DNA of 64,000 nucleotides from Mytilus edulis. Lineage: Eukaryota. The stretch covers positions 17,236,001 through 17,300,000 of the forward strand of contig NC_092353.1 of NCBI RefSeq assembly GCF_963676685.1, given 5' to 3'. Shown here one piece after another: positions 15,055-28,754 of the stretch; position 1 is the first letter of the stretch; each line of letters starts with the position of its first letter. Below the pieces are notes generated by a model, which was given only the letters and a program-made list of their open reading frames with translations, was not told the DNA's origin and did no database searches. The position numbers and the translations under genes were made by a program.

Positions 15055-16206
15055 ATGGAACCATCTGCGACCAGCGACCCAAAGTACGGATATGATGACC
15101 CGGAAGTTAATTATGGACCACCTGGTTATAGACAATCTGGTTATGGACCATCACAGCAGCAGATGACATCTCTTCCTCCTGCTTCTGGAATATCGACCTC
15201 AAATGTGACGGTGGTGGTCAATCAACCAACAGCAGCAACGCAGAATCAACTCATGGTCACTACACTGGACGGAAACAGAACCTGGACAACTGGACTCTTT
15301 GATTGCTTCTCTGATATGGCCACTTGTAAGTTATTTATCACTTTTATATGGCTGTAATATTTTTAAATCGTATTAGGGTATATTGTAAAGCATGTGTCAT
15401 GTTGTTTTTAATATGTCACAACATTTCATAAGGACCTTTTAGGTGAGGCTCTTAAACCAACATCATTCTTTTTAATATTTTTGAGTGAAAGAAAGTTCAA
15501 AATACGACCAAAAAATATTCTCAGAAGTAAATGTTACCGACTACCAAATTTAAAATATCTGATAAATTTGTCGTTGTAAGGGAATTTTTGTGCTGTACAG
15601 AGTACGGTTCTCATAGGTAGGTACTAGGTGTTCAATTCTTAATGACATCGGTAATTATTACCCGATTCATAAGAAATCAGGTTTTAATTTCCCGATTCTC
15701 AAGGATTTAGGTTGTATTTCCCGATTCTCAAGGACTTAGGTTATAAATGCCCGATTCTCATGGACTTCGGTTATAAATGCCCAATTCTCAAGGACTCATT
15801 ACTTTCCAATCCATGTCATCCGTCATCCATTCAGTCACGTCTCAGTCATTACAGCTGAACGGACGTGCTGGGCCAGCTCTCCTTTACCTGCTTTCTTCGA
15901 TGAGGGTTTACTTTTAGATGATCAACGAATTACTACTTTAGATGACAGAAACCAATCCAACGCTGTACAGTAAACGTAGAACTGTGTTGCGCATGCGCTA
16001 AATTGCAGGCGGAAAATTTTGAGTCTCCGAAAATTGTATTTAAAATCCTATTATTTAACAAAATTCTACTGTGAAAAAGGTGGTAAGGTAACATTACATC
16101 ACACTATACATCATACCATACCGTAAAAATCTCCCATTTTTCTATAAAATTGACAGCATTAAACTTTTGAGTCTGAAGTGTTTAGGCAGCAACCATTTGA
16201 TTTTCT

Positions 16207-16244
<38 letters not shown>

Positions 16245-17628
16245 CTATGGTTTTTTTGGAAAAAAAAGTTTGTTTCCAGTTTTTGGAGAAAAAAATAATT
16301 TGTTTTTGATTCGGAGAAAAAAAAATTGTTTGTTTCACCCTCAGCTGCCACTATATGTAATGCTAAAATTGAAAGAAAAAAATTGTTTTCGACTTGTCGC
16401 GAAAAAAATAGATTGTTTTTCGCCGCAGGCGAAAAAAAAAGTTTGCACAGAAAAAAAAACCATAGCCCCCCCCCAGAAAATCAAATGGTTGCTGCTTTAC
16501 CTGTCAACTTTTGTAAACAACGATCACAAACACCGGCCATACCTGAAAACTTTTACAAAGGAGTGTTTTATCCTTTGGAAGTTCGATTGCTTTTTAAGGA
16601 AGTATATCATTCCTTAGAGCAATGATCCCTACAAGGAAGTAGTCTCATTCCTTGGGGATCATACATCCAACAGGTCGTCCAACTTTTTGGCTCGTTGATA
16701 CACAAAATGCTTGTATTTCGTCAGATATTTTTGTACTCATGTATACTTGTCACCAGTACCTTTAACCAACCATATGTGGATAGCAAATTTGTCATTTGCA
16801 ATAACACCAAGATAAATGGCCTCTCATTTGCCATGATAAAATTCCTTGACATCACCACACAAACTGCACACCTAAATAGGAAACAGTGTGCAAGCAGAGA
16901 AGACATTCTCTTGACCTTTCTGTCTATGACTCGGATTGCTATATCAAATGATGTCAACCTAAACCCAGGTCCTAACCAGTCATTATACCCTTGCGGTACA
17001 TGCGATGAACCTGTGACATGGAATGATCGAGGTATTGTTTGTGACACTTGCAACCAATGGTACCATATAAACTGTCAATCAATGCATAGCGGGTCATATG
17101 ACATCTTTGTAAATGATAGTGCAGTAGCTTGGGACTGCGTCTTGTGTGAATGCCCAAACTATTCGACCTTGTGTTATGACCTGTCATTCAGTACATCAAA
17201 CCATTTCATTATACTATCAGATACATCCTTAAAAAGTCCATCACCTACTGAAACTGGAATAAAACCTATCCATTCTTCAACACCCGATAGATCAAGTAGG
17301 AATTGCTACAAAAAAAAGAACAATACCACACCATTGAGAATACTAAATGTAAATTTTCAGTCTATAAAGACAAAACAATGCCAAGTTAAAAATCTTGTAG
17401 AGAGCACATACCCAGACATCGTAATTGGAACGGAAACTTGGATTGACTCCTCTATAAAGGATTCACAGATTTTTCCATCTGGCTATAAGATCTACCGGAA
17501 TGATAGACAGCTATGTGGAGGAGGTGTACTTATTGCCATTAAAGATACATATATCAGTTCACCTGTTCCAGAGCTCGACACAGATTGTGAAATTATCTGG
17601 TGTAAAATAGAATTGGCTGGCCAGAAAA

Positions 17629-17664
<36 letters not shown>

Positions 17665-19916
17665 TCATTTTACAATCCAAAGACAGCAAATGAACCAGGA
17701 TATTTGGAATACAAAAGAAGCATTGATCAAACAGCAAGTATTAAGAATTGCTTCATAGTTGGATTTCAACCTTCCGGGATGGGACTGGAAAGCAAAATGC
17801 CTAAAAGATAACACACAACATGTTGGAATACATCAAAGATTCGGAGATATACTGGATGATAATGGTCTCTTACAGATTGTTGAAGAACCAACAAGGCAGA
17901 CAAACACACTTGACTTGCTAATAACAAATCATCCTAATAGTTTTACAAGGGTGGAAATACTTCCAGGAGTATCTGATCATGACATCGTCTTTGCTGAAAT
18001 AAGTGTCATCCCTTCAAGAAAAAAGCAAGCAGCAAGAAAGATTCCTCTATACAGCAAAGCCAATTGGGATAAGATGAGGGAAGATATAAATAATATTAAG
18101 AATGAAATTGTAACAATGACAACCAACACAAGTAACATCAATGACATATGGTTAGTATTTAAAACAAGTTTAGAGAAATGCGTTAATTTGAATATCCCAC
18201 ACAAACAGGCTAGAACCAAGGACAGCACACCATGGATATCCAGAGATCTCAAAAGACTCATCAGAAAGAGAGATCGGCTGTATAAGAAAAAGAAGAAATC
18301 TCATGACAAGAAAGACTCTGAGAAATACAAAACAATCAAACGCCAGGTACAACAAGGTCTGAGGAGGTCATACTGGAAGTATGTGGAATCTATCGTAACG
18401 CCACCAGAAGATAACATGATAGAAAATCGTGGCTGTATGAAGAGATTCTGGACATTCATCAAGCACAAACGAAGTGATGGAAATGAAGTCTCACCACTGA
18501 AAAAGGATGGCCTTCTATTTTCAGATCCTTTGGATAAAGCAAATATACTAAACCAACAGTTCCAGTCTGCTTTTACTGAAAAAAACAAGCTTCTCAGATC
18601 AGGAATTCCAAGACAGATGTGGATCTTTAAACAAAAACTATCCATCTATGCCAGAAATCAATATCACAGATAATGGAATATTGAAAATACTGAAAAACCT
18701 CAATCCACACAAGGCAGCTGGCCCAGACCAAATAACATCGAAGGTTCTAAACGAATTAGCCACCGAAATAGCACCAATACTTAGCATCATCCTTCAACAG
18801 TCATATGAGTCTGGAGAATTACCAATAGACTGGAAATCAGCCAACGTCTGTCCAATCGTTAAAAAAGGCCAAAAATACAAAGCAGAAAACTACCGCCCTG
18901 TATCTTTAACGTGTATAGCATGCAAAATCATGGAACACATAATTACCAGCAACATCATGGCTCACTCGGACAAACATAATATCCTACATCCTATGCAGCA
19001 TGGGTTCCGCAAAAAATTATCATGCGAAACTCAACTCATCGAATTCATAGATGATATCACGCAAAACCTGGACGAAGGAAAGCAAACTGATTGCTTAATC
19101 ATGGACTTCTCCAAGGCTTTTGACAAAGTAAGCCATTCACTACTGATCCATAAACTACATAGATACGGGATTGATGGAAAAACCAACAGATGGATCCAGA
19201 GTTTCCTAAGTGGTAGACAACAGTCAGTAGTGGTTGAAGGTGTAAGCTCTGGCTTCATTGATGTAGAATCAGGTGTACCACAAGGTTAAGTCCTTGGACC
19301 AGCACTCTTCCTCTACTACATTAATGATATGCCAGAGGGGGTTCGATCTAGAACACGATTGTTTGCCGACGACACAATCATCTATCTAACAATAACATCA
19401 GATGCAGATACATCAACACTGCAAGAGGATCTGAACAAATTATAATAATATACTTTAAAAATCGTAGATCTTTATTTCGGGCATAGAAATTCTCCTCCAT
19501 CTGAATCTTTTTACAATGAATTATCGTACTGCATTTCTATCTATGCCAATCTTGCGTCCTGTAGAACTTCTCATATATACTGACCTTGTTGACTTTTGAA
19601 ATTATTTTATGACTGCATGAAACCATAACTGCACCCGGATATATAAAAGAAAAAAACCAAAAAACATATTTTTCCACACTTTGTCACGTACACAGTCATT
19701 GATTTTCTGGGTGAAAACGTTTCACAGTTTGTTATTCGAGATGGCTTGTAAAACTAAGATTTATTGGCAGTATTGACCACAGCTTTTTATTATTAAACAC
19801 AAATTTAAATATGTATATACACAAATTTAGATTCAACGATAAATATTGTTCAACTAGATAGATTCATAGATGTATAGATCATTTTTTTGGTTACCTCTGG
19901 CAACCTACAGATAACT

Positions 19917-19949
<33 letters not shown>

Positions 19950-22900
19950 TAGATAGATGTATGATCCTGGGATACAGCGATCAACTAACTTAGCTGTTTG
20001 ATCCTGGGATACAGCGATCCACAAAATGTACTTTATCACTAAAATATAGACAACTGTAACTGTAGTTTATCACACGCAGCGAAGTTGCCAAATTGATTAG
20101 GTACGGTATATGTCAAACTCAACTGTACCGGATCAACCGCCACTAAAGTGGGGATGAAGCTGCGATAGGACTGTGGCCAATACTGTTTTAAAATTACTTA
20201 AGATATACACATACTAGTACCAAATGTATCTGGATATGTATAAGAACCAGAACAAATAAACATTTCAAGCGCGCCTTGCAAATTATTCAGAAATATGTCA
20301 TATAAATTTAGCCAAAGCATTTAAAGCTTGTTGATAAGCTTGAATTGTATTAGGAGCAAGCGAACAATTAATTAATCTGTTTGTTTCAGACTCAATATCA
20401 AATCTCTGAACTCTTCCGGGTGGTTTTCTGGAACCGACTCAGCCCCGGGTGCTAGTTACCGGAATCTGTTCAACTGAAAACGAGAAATCGAGTCTTCAAG
20501 TTCATTTTTAAAACCATCAATATGTTGTGCTTTAAACTGAATATTGTGCTGCATTGTAAAAAAAACCAAGGAGGCGAATGAATGCTATCACACGTTTCGA
20601 CTTGGCAGTTCTTTTATTGATAATGCTAACTAATGCCATATTGTCAATTCGAAATAAAATCTTTCGATTTTGGAAATTTGATGCCCATATAAACATAGCT
20701 AAAACAATTGGAACTAACACTAAACAGTAATGTCCCTCATGATTGGCATATTTGGCCATGCTTCCGGCCATTTATATTGTGCCCATTTACCATCAAAATA
20801 TGCACTACAACCTAAATCATCACAGCTGTTCGTGTACAATTGCAACGTTTCATTTGTTATCCGCGTGTTTTCTGATAGATGGCAATCTCCGTTAAAATGT
20901 TCCAGAAAAATCAGCCAGACTTTTGCATCTTCTTTGAGATCTTTATTTATTCAAATTGAATAAAAAGGCTTTTTATTTTTTATAGACCCTTTCTACAGAC
21001 CCGAAGGAAAGTAATCGCCCTTGAACAGAAAGCCATCAAACCCAGTGGCACTACTGATTCTAAGTCCTTGGGTGTATTTTTTTTTTGTGTTTATTCAACA
21101 AAATCGGTTCAGGTTAGGACTTTAGTTTTAACAATTTGTCTTGTGGTATTCTGACAACCATTTCAACAGTGTCAATGACCAATCCTAAAAATTTCAAAGA
21201 TGTTACAGGTCCAACTGATTTTTCCGAAGCAATCGGAACACCTAGTTCCTCACAAATATCTGAAAAAGTGTCTAGCATCATTTGACATACAGGTGTACTA
21301 TCCTCAGGGCCTCCAAATAAAAAATCATCCAAATAATGCACAAGTGATTTCACTCCACTCCGTTCAACTACTAACCAGTGTAAAAAGGTCGAAAAGTTAT
21401 TGAATAAATTGCATGAAATTGAACATCCCATTGCCATACTTTTATTTACAAGAACTTTTCATCAAAATAAATCCCTAACAATTCAAAATCTGATGGATGC
21501 ACTGGCAGCAAACGAAAAGCGGACTTTATGTGCCGGACCCCAATCATTGAATCAATACACACTTTCCGAGTGAACTGACCATTTGTATAACTTCATCAAA
21601 AGATGCATATTGAACGGAACATTCATGGCGATCAATAAAATCGTTGACCCCGGAACCTTCCGGATATGATAAATGAAATATTAACCTCCAATCTTTCTCT
21701 TTTGGTACTCGACCGATAGGAGAAGTCCTAAGTGTAGAAATCGGCTTTGTAATTATACACGTCTGCTCTCTTGCAGCTCAAAGTTAAAAAGAACGCGTAT
21801 GTCAAATTGACGTCACCACTATACATCTTAACGACTTCATATGAATTTATAAAGGAAGTAACTCATCATAGATACCAGGACTAAATTTTATATATACGCC
21901 AGACGTGCGTTTCGTCTACAAAAGACTCATCAGTGACGCTCGAATCCAAAAAAGTTTTAAAAAAAAGGCAAATAAAGTACGAAGTTGAAGAGCATTGAGA
22001 TCCAAAATTCCTAAAAGTGTTGCCAAATACAGCTAAGGTAATCTATGCCTGAGGTAGAAAAGCCTTTAGTATTTAAAAAAATTCTGTAAACAGATAATTT
22101 ATAAATATAACAAAAAAAGCACTGCAACGGACGAGATTAAAACTTTCCACTAGAATAACCGAATTTATGTATATTACATAAATTCTATTATTCCGAATGT
22201 GCATGAAATGTTTTCCACCCTACGTTTAGCAACCGAAAATTATCAATTGTGTCATTCTTTTTTCTTTGTCTCCTGTACACATTTTAGTTATATCCATATG
22301 ACATTATTATGTCTCATCTCTCAACAATGAATACAATCGATATTTATTAATTGTACAACAATACTACATAAAATATGAGCCATTATATACAGAAATATAA
22401 GAGACTATTAAAATGAATAGATCTAAACTACATTTAACAATATACAATAAATTACTAAAATTTGAAATACATAAAATGTCTACCTATTCTTGAAATTAAA
22501 TGACAGGTTTTAGCACACACTTTTACATCTGAGAATAAAAACATTAACATTTAGTTGTCATCTAGAGTATTAAAGTTTTCATTTAAAATAACTTAATATT
22601 TGTAAATAATTTTATGAAATGTTTATAGGTGTTTTCACATTCTTTTGTTACCCATGTGCCGTCTGTAACTTGGCCTCCAGAACTGGAGAATGTTTCTGTG
22701 CACCAGCCTGCGTTCCCGGAGGAGAAATCGTTCTTAGAAGCAGGATAAGGAGTGTTGGAGGAATCAGAGTAAGATATGAGATATTTAGGCTTTTTAAATC
22801 ACAGTTTAAATACAGTTGTATAGATAAATTAGCATATTTTGCTCCCAAATATCTATATAACACACTGTTTGAATGGACGACTTCAATAATATTTTTTTTT

Positions 22901-25209
22901 TTGCTTCTTCTCATTCTATAAAAAGAAGGGAGACAAACCGTATTGCCAACATTGTATTTTATTGATAAGTTTTGATTATGAATTAAAAATGGATTTATAA
23001 TCTGCATGTCATTTCAAAAATTAAATAAAACTTATATATGATATAAATAGCGTTAAATTCTATTGCCTTTTGTATTCAAGATGATTGATAAATGATATTC
23101 TTTCAACATGTTGATATTTATTGATTTTAAACCGTATATAATTAACGTATGTTTAAAGAATGTGTAACGGGATTAATTCCTATAGACCATTATAAATTTA
23201 CCCCAACAGAGGTTTATTGAGATGGATATAGGGATATAATTTAATTTTAAATGTAACGCGTCTTCTGATTGGCTGACGTTATTTTGTTATCAGCCCATAG
23301 ACACAAGTAAGTAATGTGACCGTGACGTCATCAACGTTTTTTCATGGTTTTCTACGTTTTTAAAAGAAATTTAGAATTAAATTATAAGAAATGACTGTAA
23401 TATTTTTTCTGTCTATTCGAAATAACATAAAAAAAATGTGGTGCACACTGTTAAATAACCCGCTACCCGCGTTATTCAGTGTGCACCACATTATTTATTT
23501 TATTTCTTCATAGACAGAAAAAATATTACAGTCAATCCTTAATTATTTTCCCTTTACTATAATATTTACTGAGGCCATAGATCGAGCTTAATCCATATTA
23601 TATCCCCTGAATTAAAGTTACAAATGTTTCATTTTATTATGCCTTTTTGTTTTGTTTTACATAATTAATCTAATTTCTTTTAATTATGATATGTATAAAA
23701 AAGAAGATGTGGTATGATTGCCAATGAGACAACTATCCACAAACGACCATAATGACACTGACATTAACAACTATAGGTCACCGTACGGCCTTCAACAATG
23801 AGCAAAGCCAATACCGCTTAGTCAGCTATAAAAGGCCCCGATAAGACAATGTAAAACAATTCAAACGAGAAAACTAACGGCCTTATTTATGTAAAAAAAT
23901 GAACGAAAAACAAATATGTAACACATAAACAAGCGACAACCACTGAATTACAGGCTCCTGACTTGGGACAGGCACATACTTAAATAATGTGGCGGGGTTA
24001 AACATGTTAGCGGGATCCCAACCCTCCCCTAACCTGGGACAGTGGTATAACAGTACAACATAAGAACGAACTATAAAAATCAGTTGAACAAGACTTAACT
24101 CATCAGATGGACAAACATACAAGTGGACGTGGCCGGGTACTTATACATCCCGACACAAAAAGACACAATGAACAGATCTGAGAGTACTCGCAGTTATCTA
24201 ACAACTAGTTCAAAGCCACTAACAACTAATAATAAAATCGTGCATCTAAGACTAAACTGTCAATCCGTACACATCCAACATCCAATGGATTTAGTGTAAA
24301 GACGTCATAAACAGCCAGAGAAAAAATGCATTGATTTAGCTGTATTGCGTGGTTTTATTTATTATATCTACCACGCCGTCACACCATACCAGACATAGAG
24401 GGATTTGAAAAATTAATCCGATAGTAACCTACAAAAAAATAATATTCAAACGACGAGATATGAGTAGTAAATGCCAGAAAAGATTCGAAAAAGTACAAAG
24501 AACAACATACCTCATAAAAAGCAAAGATTTAAGATTGAAGTTCGTTGCTAAATAAAGCATAATAGTGAAACAAGAAAACGGGATAGATGATTTAAACGAA
24601 AACAACAAGCTAAGAACTATGACGATACAACAACAAAAAAAACCAGTTTAAACACGAGACATAAAAAGAACTTATTTGCAGTATAGATATTATAGTCACA
24701 AAACAGCAAGACAACCACACTAGCACTCGGAATTCAATGACGTGGACCGTGGGAGGGCTGTTAGACCATTTCAGGTCGTAAAACACTTCCATCATCAAGC
24801 CCTTTTTTACATTCACCATAAAATAGGGGGGAGTCACCATACATAAATAGTACCGGTAACACATACGAAAATGCTAAATTACGGAAACTGTCACCTTTGA
24901 GAGATTCGAATTCAGTAATATTGCAGAAAATTAAAGAGATAAGTGCATTATTTCTATCACTTTTCAGCTCTGATTCAAGGAGCTGAAGTAGCATGCAACA
25001 TTTAATCAAATTACAACTTACCTTGGCTATTAAAGCAGGTATCATTTATATTATGACGGTAAAACTATTTAATCAAATCATTCACGTTTTAACTAGACTA
25101 AGTCTGATTTTAGGGTTCCATGTGTGATGATTGTTGTGTGATTTTATGTTGTGGACCATGTGCTGCTTGCCAAGAAGCCAGAGAGCTCAACAACATGGGA
25201 GTTCCTTAA
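15055..25209 (+). CDS. Cornifelin/PLAC8-family protein, copy 1 (168 aa)
   Basis: Exons 15055-15325, 22629-22768 and 25114-25209 with GT-AG introns in phases 1 and 0. Motifs [42 protein letters not shown] and [13 protein letters not shown] match the PLAC8 domain. Confidence 0.9.
15661..15797. repeat. ~30-bp minisatellite, about 4.5 copies
   Basis: Unit cccgattctcaaggacttaggttataaatg, repeated with small variations. Confidence 0.8.
16185..16496. mobile_element. MITE with long terminal inverted repeats (Kolobok-like)
   Basis: ggcagcaaccatttgattttct(G)nctatggttttttt at the left end versus aaaaaaaccatag(C)9agaaaatcaaatggttgctgc at the right end; TTAA-like flanks. Confidence 0.7.
16695..19442 (+). 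mobile_element. Decayed non-LTR retrotransposon (CR1/L2-group-like): 2A-like peptide, PHD finger, AP endonuclease, reverse transcriptase; 3' truncated
   Basis: PHD finger (CGTC...[12 protein letters not shown]...WDCVLC), APE motifs (NVNFQS, GTETW, GGGVL, DFN, TLDLL, SDH) and RT motifs (YRPVSL, QHGFR, DFSKAFD, GVPQG*VLGP, LFADD at ~19362). Frameshifts near 17650, 17760 and ~18590-18650, a stop at 19287, and an abrupt end near 19442. Lies in intron 1 of PLAC8 copy 1. Confidence 0.9.
20300..21750 (-). mobile_element. DIRS/Ngaro-type tyrosine-recombinase retrotransposon relic (RT, RNase H, start of recombinase ORF)
   Basis: Minus strand: [70 protein letters not shown], and RNase H-like [12 protein letters not shown]...HIDGFKN...SRFQ. 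An overlapping frame reads [10 protein letters not shown], resembling a recombinase N-terminus. Confidence 0.8.
21896..21939 (-). ncRNA. Minimal type I hammerhead ribozyme, intact core, in a retrozyme-like repeat (~21855-22110)
   Basis: Reverse complement: GCGUCA-CUGAUGA-GUCU uuugu AGAC-GAAA-C gcac GUC-UGGCGU. Confidence 0.8.
23385..23542. repeat. ~155-bp imperfect palindrome (Crypton/MITE-like end)
   Basis: tgactgtaatattttttctgtctat...tgtggtgcacactg pairs with cagtgtgcaccaca...atagacagaaaaaatattacagtca. Confidence 0.7.
23693..24327 (-). mobile_element. 3' non-coding end of a Penelope-like element (family A), 5' truncated
   Basis: Near-identical to about 62713-63345, which adjoins a PLE RT C-terminus. 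Contains the twister-like motif. Confidence 0.75.
23951..24036 (-). ncRNA. Twister-like ribozyme, type P5 permutation (family A)
   Basis: Reverse complement: CAGGUU a GGG GAGGG uugggaucccgcuaacauguu UAA CCC CGC c ACAU..AUGU GCCUG UCCCAAGU CAGG AGCCUG. P5, P2, P3, P4 and both pseudoknots can form. Confidence 0.72.
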
Positions 25210-27099
25210 AGTAATGTCATCTGGAGAAAGATGCTTAATGACGGTTATTTATATCCAATAACCAATCAAAGCTGTATATTGGTTAATTATTAATCTAGTG
25301 TAAAGAGTTTGTATAGACTATTTTGAATAGAACACTAGATAGTGTTTTGTACTACTGAAAACAATCATTTCCATTTTATGTGACTGTATACAAACAAGCC
25401 AGTTTGAAATGTTGTAAATGAATTACTTATTTCTTACGAAGGAACAATTTTATATGAGAGCACATTTTTGTATTATTTTTTTTATTAAAACAGTGTAGAT
25501 GTTTGAGATACAGAAACCGTCTTGTAAGCAGTTATTCATTTTTGCCATATGTCTTTTCAAGATTTTTCAAAAGTGAGGGATCAGAGATAAGAGCCTCTAA
25601 AAGATTTTGAATTATTCAAGATTAATGTTCTTATTTTCCCCACCGGTCACCACTCAGCTATTCTGTCTCCACGGTTGCATAATAAGTGATGAACATATGG
25701 TTAAAAGCGTGGGGATTTAAAATAAAATACAAATAGATGAAAGACTTTAATCTTTCGTCAATTTTCTACACTTTTGAATTCAATGAAACAAAGTTCAACA
25801 TAATCAAACTTTACTTGTGTATACCTATACTTAATTTGTACCTAGATTTAGTAATTACCTTGCATAGTTTATGTACTTCAAAATGAAATTTCTATAAAAT
25901 ATGAGGACAAATGCAAGCCTTTCAATAATATAAATACAGGTTTAAACGAGGAAAAAATCTCTTACTCCTTATCTTAAAGCATTTAGACAATGAATGTCTT
26001 GACCTTTTGTTATCATATTTTATATGAGATCACATATGTATATTTTTTTCTCTCACTTTGTTGCGTTTATATTTATATTTCTTTCACTTTATTGCAGTTT
26101 TATGTGTATGACTTTAACTCTGGTGCGTTACGGTCTCATCTTAACTTAAAACACATCAAATGGTTTAACACATTCGTCATTTGATATACATGATCTTAAC
26201 CATCAGAAAACTAAACATAGGACAATCAAACTGAAATCCGAGTACCTTTATTTATATTTGCACACACATTTGAAATACTATAATAATATGTGCATTAAGA
26301 TTTCAATTCATTTTTCACTACTGTGTTTTTATTGTTGTTGTTAAATTGGTATTTGTTCATATTGAGCACAATGAATTGTATTAGTATTCTGATCAAATCT
26401 TCAGAATTGTGAATATATGTATGTGGTACAATACAAAATTACTTGCAGCTTCCTGATGTTAATCAATGTTTTGGTGTATTAACTTTTTTCAATAAATGCT
26501 TGAATCTTGTGGATTTTATCTTATTTGTTGCATGAAGATGTATTTTTTTTAACAATACATACTTTGAAATTGGTGATTATCCGCTTAGCATGTGATATTT
26601 ATAAGTATTAGCGAGCTGGAAGTCAGAAGTATGTTTCCAAGTAAGCTTGCTACCATGTGAAATTCCTATTAATAACCATCTGAACCTGTTACGTGAAATA
26701 AATATATTCTCGTTTTGAATATGCATGTCCTAGTTGCCACAGGAAATCAACCACCAATCATCAGCCATGCAATCATTCCGAGTCCAAAAGGCAGAAAGAT
26801 AAAGAATAATGTTCAAAGTTATCTTGCCCAGCAGAAATCGTGAGCCAAAGAGAGTGCATAGAGTACATTGAGAACAAGTATCAAAAAAAAAAAAAAAAAC
26901 AAGATGCAAAAGAAGAGGATTAAATACGAAATCGTTAGTTAAAGAAAGGCAACAATACCCATGGCAAATAATCCTCGTGAAACGACGACAACACAATTAG
27001 TAAACAAACTCTACATAGAAAACTAAAAACAGGGCAAAAGAACCTCAACAATCCTGAGGTCATCTCAGGGGTTAACATTTTATATTTTGCTCACAGCAA

Positions 27100-27780
27100 G
27101 TGCAAATTTGGTATAAACTTTAAAAGTAGTATTTTGTGAAGTCTCGATCATGGAAAGGTACAGAATCGTGTGGGTACGACAATGGTAACTCATCCGTGAC
27201 CAGCTGTGACACGGATTTACTAGCATAACATTTAAACAAATCATGACAGCGTAAGTAGAACTTTTGATGGGACGACTATAAGTTTACTTCGACAAACCCT
27301 TAGTTCATAAGCTTCCTTGTAAGAATCGACCCCTTTATTAAGTATCATGATTGAAACTGCAAACTTTGAACTAGCGTATGACAGCAACGGGGAGATTTAT
27401 ACTCCATATACAGGCTCTACTGTGATGTTGCTACATATTAATGGAAAGGGCTAGTATAAAATAAGAAAGCTCTCCTGTCATAAAGTTTAGTTCTCAACCG
27501 ATCCTCATTGTCAGTTTTGATATGAGTTAAAATATGAGGCAAACTTATTTGTACATGTTATATCCTATTTTTGAAGTTCGTTGGAATAGATGCGCTCAAA
27601 ATAGTCACCAAACTTTGAATCATCTATATACTAGTAGTGAGAAGACGTCATCCATAAAGGGGAACTTTACGTGAAGGGTAACCTGGCTTCTTTTCATTAT
27701 TATTTAGAAGCACCTGTATGAAGTCTGCCCCATACGGATTTAGAAACAAGCAGATCCTTCTCCACTTTATGACGTTTACA
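27100..27780 (-). mobile_element. Highly decayed Penelope-like RT fragment
   Basis: Minus strand near 27390-27450 reads FPLICSNITVEPVYGV*ISP, the same motif as the better-preserved PLE copies. Boundaries are approximate. Confidence 0.5.
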
Positions 27781-28150
27781 TCAATAACTGCACAGTTTAT
27801 TAAACATGATAAACACTACATTGGCTTATTAAGCAATAGTAGTTAATATCTTTTAGGTGAAGATTTAATCTCAGACATGTAGGTACCTACAATTAAATAC
27901 ATTGGTTTCAAAAGGATATAAATAACAGGCTTAAAAAATGTTGTACCGGTATTTCACTGATTATAAAAAAACTATAAAGTGCTTTAAAAATATAATTATC
28001 GGAGACAGATTGCCGTATTTAGCACAATTTTTTAAAGAATTTTGGGTCCTCAATGCTCTTCAACTTTGTACTTTTTTGGCTTTATAACTATAATGACCTG
28101 CGCGTCACTGATGAGTCTTATGTAGACAAAACGGGCGTCTGACGTATTAA

Positions 28151-28540
28151 GGATGTTTGCTTGTCATGTTTTGGATATTTTGTCAGATTTTCGAAATCCT
28201 CTGATTTTATCCATTTGAATGCCTTTAAAAAAATTGCCCATGAACCCCCATTTTTCTTTTCATTAATCTTTTATATGTATAATTATACGCCATTTGTAAA
28301 AGTTTTATAAAATTTTATTTATTTTTTAATGGTTTTTGAGAACTTAACTGGTCAATGATAAAGCTATGAAAAAACAAGAGAGAACATTTTCCCGCCAAAA
28401 TTTCAATGGCTTATACCTCGAAAACAAGCACATTGACCCCTATATTTTTTTTTGCTTTTTTGATTCTTCATCTAATCCCCTATCAATATATAATTGTTTT
28501 ATGAGAAGTTATTTATTTTGAAACTGAGCAGCAAACTTCC
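28151..28540. mobile_element. Kolobok-like MITE with TTAA target-site duplication, inserted into a hammerhead repeat
   Basis: ttaa|ggatgtttgct...agcaaacttcc|ttaa. Removing it restores gtctgacgtattaaattaaaatcctggcacctttgataac, matching the retrozyme consensus. Confidence 0.8.
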
Positions 28541-28754
28541 TTAAATTAAAATCCTGGCACCTTTGATAACTATTTACCATAGCTGTATTTTGTTCCTCAA
28601 TGGTCTCCAATTTCGTACTCTATTTTGCCTTTCTAACTTTTTTATTCCAACTTCACTGAAGGGCCTTTTGTAGTCATAATCACTATGTCGTCTTTATTTT
28701 GATGCGTTTTTGTGGCATTGGTTTTGTTTTTTAACATATTAATACATGACTTAA

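Noticed and set aside
16207-16244. 38-nt poly-G run and the poly-proline ORF 16142-16351
   Set aside because: It is part of a MITE TIR whose partner has only 9 C; slippage or a homopolymer error, not a gene.
23883-24122. Near-identical short ORFs at 23883-24122 and 62906-63142, and related CPVPSQE-type ORFs at 851, 50499 and 52137
   Set aside because: They are translations of the non-coding twister-bearing repeat; the shared peptide just reflects the conserved CCUGUNCCAAGUCAGG RNA motif.
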